Assembly: GCF_026626625.1 (NCBI RefSeq) | Contig: NZ_JAPNJY010000032.1 | Span: 74,976-138,975 of the forward strand | Length of the DNA stretch: 64,000 nucleotides | Direction of reading: 5' to 3' | Source of the DNA: Corallococcus sp. BB11-1 | GTDB lineage: Bacteria > Myxococcota > Myxococcia > Myxococcales > Myxococcaceae | Shown here: positions 55,083-64,000 of the stretch, in pieces | Layout of the letters: every line of letters starts with the position of its first letter | How positions within the stretch are numbered: position 1 is the first letter of the stretch | The notes under the pieces: model-generated | What the model was told of the DNA's origin: nothing | Database searches by the model: none | Seen by the model: the letters and a program-made list of their open reading frames with translations, nothing else | Translations under genes and position numbers: made by a program

Positions 55083-56024
55083 GTGCTCGCGAAAGGGGAG
55101 GCAGGGGCACTACCCTGCCCCGCCGTGGAAGCCACCCTCGTCGACCGAAACACCGCGCTCCAGGAGCGCAACCGGAAGGTCCGCTCCGTCCTCCTGGCCA
55201 TCCTCGTGGCCAACTGGGTCGTCGCGGTCGCGAAGCTCGTCTTCGGGCTGCTCGCCCAGTCCGCGTCGGTGACGGCGGACGGGCTGCACTCCTTCATCGA
55301 CGGCGGCTCCAACGTGCTGGGGCTGGTCGCCATGGGCGTCGCGTCCCAGCCGGCGGACGCCGACCACCCCTACGGCCACGGCAAGTTCGAGGCGCTCGCG
55401 TCGCTGGGCATCGGCGCGATGATTGGCGTGGGCATGCTGGAGCTGGGGCGCATGGCGTTCGACTCGCTCCTGCACGACAAGCACCCCACGGTGTCCGTGA
55501 CGATGGCGGGGGTGATGGTGCTCACGCTTTGCATCAACCTCGTCGTCACGCGCGTGGAGCGGCACTACGGGGAGAAGTACAAGAGCTCGCTGCTGCTCGC
55601 GGACGCGAAGCACACGCTGTCGGACGTGTTCGTGAGCGTCGCGGTGCTGGCCTCCATCGGCCTGGTGGCGCTGGGCTTCCCTCGCGCGGACGGGCTCATC
55701 GCGCTGGGCGTCATGCTCTTCGTCGCCTGGGTGGCCTACGGCATCATCCGGCAGGCGGTGGGCATCCTCTCCGACACGGCGCGCCTGGACCCGGCGCAGG
55801 TGTCCCAGCACACGCTCGCGGTGGCCGGCGTGCGCTCGTGCCGCGCCGTGCGCAGCCGGGGCATGGAGGAGAGCGTCTACGTGGACCTGAAGATTGAAGT
55901 GGACCCCCAGCTCACCACCGCGCAGGCCCACGAGGTCGCGGACAAGGTGGAGCAGACGCTGCACGGCGCCTACCCGCAGGTGGTGGACGTCGTCGTGCAC
56001 GTGGAGCCGTCCGGGCACTCCTGA
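55083..56024 (+). CDS. Cation diffusion facilitator family transporter
   Basis: The TM2 signature ADGLHSFIDGGSNVLGLVAMGVASQPADADHPYGHGKFEALAS is present, with six TMs and a C-terminal cytoplasmic domain. The exact start is uncertain. Confidence 0.85.
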   Translation: MLAKGEAGALPCPAVEATLVDRNTALQERNRKVRSVLLAILVANWVVAVAKLVFGLLAQSASVTADGLHSFIDGGSNVLGLVAMGVASQPADADHPYGHGKFEALASLGIGAMIGVGMLELGRMAFDSLLHDKHPTVSVTMAGVMVLTLCINLVVTRVERHYGEKYKSSLLLADAKHTLSDVFVSVAVLASIGLVALGFPRADGLIALGVMLFVAWVAYGIIRQAVGILSDTARLDPAQVSQHTLAVAGVRSCRAVRSRGMEESVYVDLKIEVDPQLTTAQAHEVADKVEQTLHGAYPQVVDVVVHVEPSGHS

Positions 56025-56131
56025 AGCGCGAGGAGGGCCACACCCCAGGGCCCTTCCGGAAAAGACGAGGGCCGCCTTCCCGACGAAGCAGGAAGACGGC
56101 CCCGGTGCGAACCGCGAGAGGAAGCCGAGCG

Positions 56132-59038
<2,907 letters not shown>

Positions 59039-59145
59039 GGTCGGGAGGGCTCGCGTGAGGTGCGGAAGGAGTCGGCGTCCGAACGGGGTCGGAGCCTCGT
59101 GGAGCGTCTCTAACAATCCGGACGCTCCACTTCTTGCGCGAAGGG

Positions 59146-59529
59146 CTACTTCAGGAGCGCGCCGTACGCGGCGGCGTCCAGGAGCTTGCCCACCTGCTCG
59201 CCGTCCAGGGGCTCAAGCTCCACGATCCAGCCCTGCCCATACGGGTCGGTGTTGATGATGGAGGGGTTGCCGGTGAGCGCGTCGTTCACCGCCACCACGG
59301 TGCCGCTGATGGGCGCGTACAGGTCCGACACCGCCTTGGTGGACTCGATGACGCCGAACTGCTTGCCCTCCACCAGCTGGGTGCCGAGCTTCGGCAGCTC
59401 CACGTAGACCACGTCACCCAGCGCTTCCTGGGCGTGGGCGGTGACACCCACCACCACGGTCTTGGTCCCGACGCGGGCCCACTCGTGTTCCTTCGTGTAC
59501 TTCAGGTCCTGCGGGATGGAATCGGACAT
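59146..59529 (-). CDS. gcvH: Glycine cleavage system H protein
   Basis: 127 aa starting [21 protein letters not shown], with the lipoyl-lysine motif [12 protein letters not shown]. Confidence 0.95.
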   Translation of the reverse strand: MSDSIPQDLKYTKEHEWARVGTKTVVVGVTAHAQEALGDVVYVELPKLGTQLVEGKQFGVIESTKAVSDLYAPISGTVVAVNDALTGNPSIINTDPYGQGWIVELEPLDGEQVGKLLDAAAYGALLK

Positions 59530-59570
59530 GGAGACGGCTCCTCGCGTGCGTGCGGAGGGATGGAAGGGAA

Positions 59571-60668
59571 TCAGGACTTCTTGAGGAAGGGGGTCTTCAC
59601 GACGACGGCGGGCACGGCCCGGCCGCGGATCTCCACGTCGAAGGTGGAGCCCTCGGTGGCGAGCGCCGCGGGCACGTAGCCCATGCCGATGGGCTTCTTC
59701 ACGGTGGGGCCCTGCGTGCCGCTGGTGACTTCGCCCACGCGGGCGCCGTCCTTGAGGATGGGGTAGCCGTGGCGGGGGATGCCCGCGCCGGTGACTTCGA
59801 AGCCCACGAGCTTGCGCTGCACGCCCGCGGCCTTCTGCGCGACGAGCGCGTCCTTGCCGATGAAGCCGCCCGGCTTGTCCAGCTTGACGATCCACCCCAG
59901 GCCCGCCTCCAGGGCGGTGTGCGCATCGTCGATGTCGTTGCCGTACAGCGCGTACTTCATCTCCGTGCGCAGCGAGTCGCGCGCGCCCAGGCCGCAGGGC
60001 TTCACGCCGTCCGGCTGGCCGGCCTCCAGGAGCGCGTCCCAGAGCTTCACCGCGTCGTCGGCGGGGCAGTACAGCTCGAAGCCGTCCTCGCCCGTGTAGC
60101 CCGTGCGGGAGATGATGGACTTCACGCCCGCGACCTCCCCTTCGGCGAAGCGGTAGGTACCGATCTTCGACAGGTCCGCCTTCGTCAGCCGCTGCACCAG
60201 GCCCACGGCCTTGGGGCCCTGGACGGCGATCTGCGCGAACTCGTCCCCCCGGTCCACCGGCGAGACGCCCTCCGCGCGCGCCTTCATCCAGGTGAAGTCC
60301 TTCTCGCGGTTGCTGGAGTTGACGCAGATGAGGATGCGCTCCGGGCTGAAGCGGTAGGCGACGACGTCGTCCACGAAACCGCCCAGGTCGTTGAGCAGGC
60401 CCGCGTAGACGGCCTGGCCGTCCTGGATGCGCGACAGGTCGTTGGAGATGAGCCGGTTCACCGTCTCCAGCGCGCCGGGGCCCAAGAACTCCACCTCCCC
60501 CATGTGCGAGACGTCGAAGAGGCCGACGGCGGTGCGCACGGCCTCATGCTCGGCGATGACGGAGCTGTACTGCACCGGCATGTCCCAACCGACGAAGTCG
60601 ACCATCCGGGCCCCCAGCTTTCGGTGGGCCTCGTTGAGGGGCGTGCGCCGGGTCATTGACTTCTCCAT
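59571..60668 (-). CDS. gcvT: Aminomethyltransferase, glycine cleavage system T protein
   Basis: 365 aa containing [26 protein letters not shown]...[11 protein letters not shown]. Confidence 0.95.
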   Translation of the reverse strand: MEKSMTRRTPLNEAHRKLGARMVDFVGWDMPVQYSSVIAEHEAVRTAVGLFDVSHMGEVEFLGPGALETVNRLISNDLSRIQDGQAVYAGLLNDLGGFVDDVVAYRFSPERILICVNSSNREKDFTWMKARAEGVSPVDRGDEFAQIAVQGPKAVGLVQRLTKADLSKIGTYRFAEGEVAGVKSIISRTGYTGEDGFELYCPADDAVKLWDALLEAGQPDGVKPCGLGARDSLRTEMKYALYGNDIDDAHTALEAGLGWIVKLDKPGGFIGKDALVAQKAAGVQRKLVGFEVTGAGIPRHGYPILKDGARVGEVTSGTQGPTVKKPIGMGYVPAALATEGSTFDVEIRGRAVPAVVVKTPFLKKS

Positions 60669-60763
60669 GGCAGGGGTATGGCAGGGGTGGCGAAACGGCG
60701 CGGACTATAGCGGCGCACCTTCTCCGATCAAGGACGACGCGGAAGGTCTAAACTGCTCCGGCC

Positions 60764-61636
60764 ATGAAGATCCGCAACTGCCTCAATCCCTCCCAGCCGT
60801 GCTTCTCCTTCGAGTTTTTTCCTCCCAAGACGGACGCGGGCGTGGCCTCGCTCCTGCGCACGGTGGAGGAGCTGGCGCCGTTGAATCCGGGGTTCGTGTC
60901 GGTGACGTACGGCGCGGGCGGCAGCACGCGGGACCGGACGGTGGACCTGGTGACGCACATCAAGGAGCACACCGGCATCGAGGCCATGGCGCACCTGACG
61001 TGCGTGGGCCACACCCGGGACGACCTTCGTGACGTGCTGCGCCGGCTCGCCGCGGCACGCATCGAGAACCTGCTCCTGCTGCGCGGGGATCCGCCCCAGG
61101 GGCAGCAGTCCTTCGAGCCGGTGCCGGGCGGGTTCCGCTACGCGGAGGAGTTGGTGAGATTCGTCCGAGAAGAGGATTTCAACTTCTGCCTGGGGGGTGC
61201 GTGCTATCCGGAGGGGCACATGGAGACGGCGTCGCGCGAGGACGACCTCAAGCACCTGAAGGCCAAGGTGGATGCGGGGATGGACTTCGTGGTGACGCAG
61301 CTCTTCTTCGACAACGCCTTCTATTTCGACTTCGTGGAGCGGGCGCGACGGGCCGGCATCAACGTGCCCATCGTCCCCGGCATCATGCCCATCACCAACT
61401 ATGAGCAGGTCCAGCGCTTCACGCGCATGTGCGGCGCCACGGTGCCCATGCGGCTGGCGCTACAGATGGAGCGCGTGAAGGACCAGCCGGACGCGGTGGT
61501 GCAGCTGGGGGTCGCGCACGCCACGGTGCAGTGCATGGAGCTGCTGGCGCGCGGCGTGCCGGGCATCCACTTCTACACACTCAACAAGTCCCCGGCGACG
61601 CGGATGATCGTCAGCGCGTTGAGGGCCCGCTCATGA
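60764..61636 (+). CDS. metF: 5,10-methylenetetrahydrofolate reductase
   Basis: MKIRNCLNPSQPCFSFEFFPPKTDAGVASL...SVTYGAGGSTRDRTVDL...LLLRGDPPQG match the MetF family. Confidence 0.9.
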   Translation: MKIRNCLNPSQPCFSFEFFPPKTDAGVASLLRTVEELAPLNPGFVSVTYGAGGSTRDRTVDLVTHIKEHTGIEAMAHLTCVGHTRDDLRDVLRRLAAARIENLLLLRGDPPQGQQSFEPVPGGFRYAEELVRFVREEDFNFCLGGACYPEGHMETASREDDLKHLKAKVDAGMDFVVTQLFFDNAFYFDFVERARRAGINVPIVPGIMPITNYEQVQRFTRMCGATVPMRLALQMERVKDQPDAVVQLGVAHATVQCMELLARGVPGIHFYTLNKSPATRMIVSALRARS

Positions 61637-62055
61637 GCGGCCCGGGACCGCAGCTGCCGCCGGGCGACCCGCGCATCCGGATCTTCCAGATGGTGCGCTT
61701 CCCGGCGTTCTTCCAGCTCATCGTGGGCGTGCTGCACGTCACCTTCAGCCTGCTGGCGGCGGTGCTCGCGGCGCTCAAGGTGGCCTCGCCCTTCTCCGCC
61801 CCGGGCCAGGCGCCCGCGGTGCTGGAGTTCACGCTGGGCTTCACGCTGGCCATCGTGGTCGGGGTGGTCTGCGGGGTGCTGGCCACCTGGGGCGCCTGGA
61901 GCGCGATGAACCTCAAGGGGTACGGGCTCGCCATGGTGGGGGCCATCTGCGCCATGTACACGCTGACGCCCGGGTGCTTCGTGGGGGTGCCGGTGGCGAC
62001 GTGGATGCTCTTCACCCTGCGCCGGGACGGGGTGCGGGAAGCGTTCTCGCCATGA
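61633..62055 (+). CDS. Small integral membrane protein (140 aa), hypothetical
   Basis: Its ATG overlaps the metF TGA (ATGA). Four predicted TM segments, e.g. FFQLIVGVLHVTFSLLAAVLAAL and LAIVVGVVCGVLATWGAW. It lies between metF and hom. Confidence 0.55.
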   Translation: MSGPGPQLPPGDPRIRIFQMVRFPAFFQLIVGVLHVTFSLLAAVLAALKVASPFSAPGQAPAVLEFTLGFTLAIVVGVVCGVLATWGAWSAMNLKGYGLAMVGAICAMYTLTPGCFVGVPVATWMLFTLRRDGVREAFSP

Positions 62056-63107
62056 ACCCCCGCGCCGTGCGCACGGTGCGCTTCCTGCTGACGGGCCTGG
62101 GGAACGTGGGCGTGCCGCTGCTGGAGATCCTCCAGTCGCGCGCGTCGCTGCTGATGGAGCGCTACCGGCTGGAGCTGCTGCCGGTGGGCGTGGCGGACTC
62201 CGGCGGGGCGGCGGTGTCGCCGCACGGGCTGGACGTGGCGGCGGTGCTGGCGGCGAAGCGGGCGAAGTGTTCGGTGGCGTCGCTGCCGGTGGTGGGCCGT
62301 CCGGGGATGAGCGGACAGGCGCTGGTGCGCGAGGTGAAGGCGGACCTGCTGCTGGAGGCCACGCCCACCAGCCTGAAGGACGGGCAGCCCGGGCTGGACA
62401 TCACGCGGGACGCGCTGCTGCGGGGGATGCCGGCGGTGCTCGCGAGCAAGGGCCCCCTGGTGCTGGGGTATCAGGAGCTGGCGGCGATGAGCGACCTGGA
62501 GTCACCGGGCCGCCCTCCCCTGCGCTTCAGTGGCGCGGCGGGCGCGGCGATGCCGCTGGTGTCGCTGGGCCGCCGCGACCTGGCGCTGGGCAGGCTGGGC
62601 CGGTTCGAGGGCGTGCTCAACAACACCAGCCACCTGTTGCTGTGCCGCATGGCGGAGGGCCGGACGTACGAGGCGGCGCTGGCGGAGGCGCAGGCGCTGG
62701 GCATCGCGGAGGCGGACCCCTCGCTGGACGTGGACGGCTGGGACACGGCGAGCAAGCTGGTCATCCTGGCCAACGCGGTGATGCGCGTGCCCACGACGCT
62801 GAAGGACGTGGCGGTGACGGGGATGCGCGGCGTCACGCGCGCGGAGCTGGACGCGGCGCGGGCGAAGGGCGGTCAGGTGCTGCTGCTGGCGCGCGCGGAG
62901 CCGCTGGCCGACGGACGCTGGGAGTGGAGCGTGCGGCCCACCGCCGTGGACGCGGCCCACCCCCTGGCCCGGCTGGGCGCGATGGAGATGGGCGCGGTGT
63001 TCCGCAGCGACCTGCACGGCGTGAACACGATCATCAACGCGGAGCAGGGCGCCCGGGGCACGGGCGCCGCGATGCTGAAGGACGTGCTGGAGATCTTCCC
63101 GGACTGA
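62052..63107 (+). CDS. hom: Homoserine dehydrogenase (short, ACT-less form)
   Basis: MNPRAVRTVRFLLTGLGNVG is the NAD-binding N-terminus. The catalytic domain includes DVDGWDTASKLVILANAVM. It overlaps the upstream gene by 4 bp. Confidence 0.8.
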   Translation: MNPRAVRTVRFLLTGLGNVGVPLLEILQSRASLLMERYRLELLPVGVADSGGAAVSPHGLDVAAVLAAKRAKCSVASLPVVGRPGMSGQALVREVKADLLLEATPTSLKDGQPGLDITRDALLRGMPAVLASKGPLVLGYQELAAMSDLESPGRPPLRFSGAAGAAMPLVSLGRRDLALGRLGRFEGVLNNTSHLLLCRMAEGRTYEAALAEAQALGIAEADPSLDVDGWDTASKLVILANAVMRVPTTLKDVAVTGMRGVTRAELDAARAKGGQVLLLARAEPLADGRWEWSVRPTAVDAAHPLARLGAMEMGAVFRSDLHGVNTIINAEQGARGTGAAMLKDVLEIFPD

Positions 63108-63116
63108 GGTTCCCAG

Positions 63117-64000
63117 TCAGGATTGGGGATTCAGCAGGCGGTCGAGGAGCGGCGCCACCAGTTCCTCATCGCGCAGCATCGAGCGCCAGCGGTGCGGAAT
63201 CCCCTTCAGGCCGTACTGGAGGCCCGCGATGCCGCCCGCCACCGCGGCCGTGGTGTCCGTGTCGTGGCCCAGCCGGATGGCCGCCTTGACGACCTCCTCA
63301 TAGGTGCGGCCCTTCGCCACGCAGTCGCGGGCGGAGCGCAGGCAGTCCACCACGTAGCCACTCCCCTTCCCCGGCGTCAGGTCCTCCGGGCGGACGTGCG
63401 TCTCCCATTCCGCCCTCGCGGGGTGCTCCTCCGGGTACAGCGCGCGGAAGGTGGCCACGGCCTCCGCCCACGGGTCCGCCGCGCCTTCCAACATCCGCCG
63501 CGCCCAGAGGCAATACACCGCGCAGCACACCTGGGAGCGCAGGTGCCCATGCGTGACGCGCGACTGCGCCATCGCATCCGAGGCCAGCGCCGCGTCCGTG
63601 CCCCGGTGCCACAGCGCCAGGGGCAGCACGCGCATCAGCGAGCCATTGCCGTTGTCCTTCTCTCCATCCGGCCCGGCGAGCAGCGCGGGCGTGCCGTCCC
63701 GGAGCCGTCCCAGCGCGTTGCGCGTCTGGATGCCCACGTCGAACACCTGGCCCTCCACCGCGAGCTAACCCCAGTCGTACCAGTTCACCAGACGCCGACC
63801 CAGGTCCTCACAGTCGAGCCCCTTCTGGTACGTCAGCGAATCCAGCAGACACAGCGCATGGGCGCCATCATCCGACCAGGTGCCCGGCGGCACGCCTTCG
63901 TGCGCGCGGTGGAAGCCAGGGGGCGGTGTGTATTCAATGGCCTCCGGCGCTGGAATCAATTCAGGACCGTGAAACTCATACGGGACACCCAGGGCATCCC
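63117..64000 (-). pseudogene. ADP-ribosylglycohydrolase family gene interrupted by an in-frame TAG (5' end beyond the window)
   Basis: One reading frame on the minus strand gives ...DALGVPYEFHGPELIPAPEAIEYTPPPGFHRAHEGVPPGTWSDDGAHALCLLDSL...NWYDWG-TAG-LAVEGQVFDVGIQTRNALGRL...GHDTDTTAAVAGGIAGLQYG. Both halves are typical of the ADP-ribosylglycohydrolase fold and are separated only by the stop at 63765-63767. Confidence 0.6.

Noticed and set aside
60669-60763. Possible glycine riboswitch upstream of gcvT.
   Set aside because: The intergenic region is only about 95 bp and lacks the conserved aptamer cores. Nothing in it is recognisable as a riboswitch.

Overview
This is a high-GC (about 70%) window that looks like core chromosome of a Myxococcus-type myxobacterium. 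Almost the whole window is coding, mostly on the minus strand.

A conserved transcription/translation block on the minus strand (19.4-34 kb) dominates the window. From the tRNA end it reads tRNA-Thr/Tyr/Gly/Thr-tuf, rpmG, tRNA-Trp, secE-nusG-rplK-rplA-rplJ-rplL-rpoB-rpoC.

Other recognisable genes, in window order:
- 5.6-15 kb, minus: glyQS, a PEGA-domain Ser/Thr kinase, two paralogous nucleotidyltransferase-fold proteins, a PfkB kinase and recO.
- 15-19.3 kb, minus: an envelope-type cluster (RodZ-like HTH, TPR lipoprotein, SLT transglycosylase) and two tandem phasin-like genes.
- 34-37.8 kb, minus: rlmB, an ATP-grasp RimK-like ligase, and a Cys-rich vWA-domain lipoprotein (CglB-like).
- 38-46.5 kb: a HAD hydrolase, an AT-hook/acidic protein and an HrpB helicase on the plus strand, then a GNAT acetyltransferase on the minus strand.
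- 46.6-50 kb, minus: ferredoxin, asd, rhodanese and an acyl-CoA dehydrogenase.
- 50-56 kb: tRNA-Cys (plus), a beta-helix lipoprotein (minus), then SpoIID, TonB-C and CDF proteins (plus).
- 56-63 kb: gcvTHP on the minus strand, then metF-hom on the plus strand.
- Window end: an ADP-ribosylglycohydrolase gene interrupted by an in-frame TAG.

The left edge (1-5.4 kb) carries an A24 prepilin peptidase, an FHA protein and two translationally coupled beta-propeller lipoproteins, which suggests the border of a Tad/Flp-like (possibly Kil-type) apparatus.

I saw no CRISPR array, transposase, integrase or obvious horizontally acquired island. Many long ORFs in the six-frame track are GC-driven antisense artefacts of real genes.
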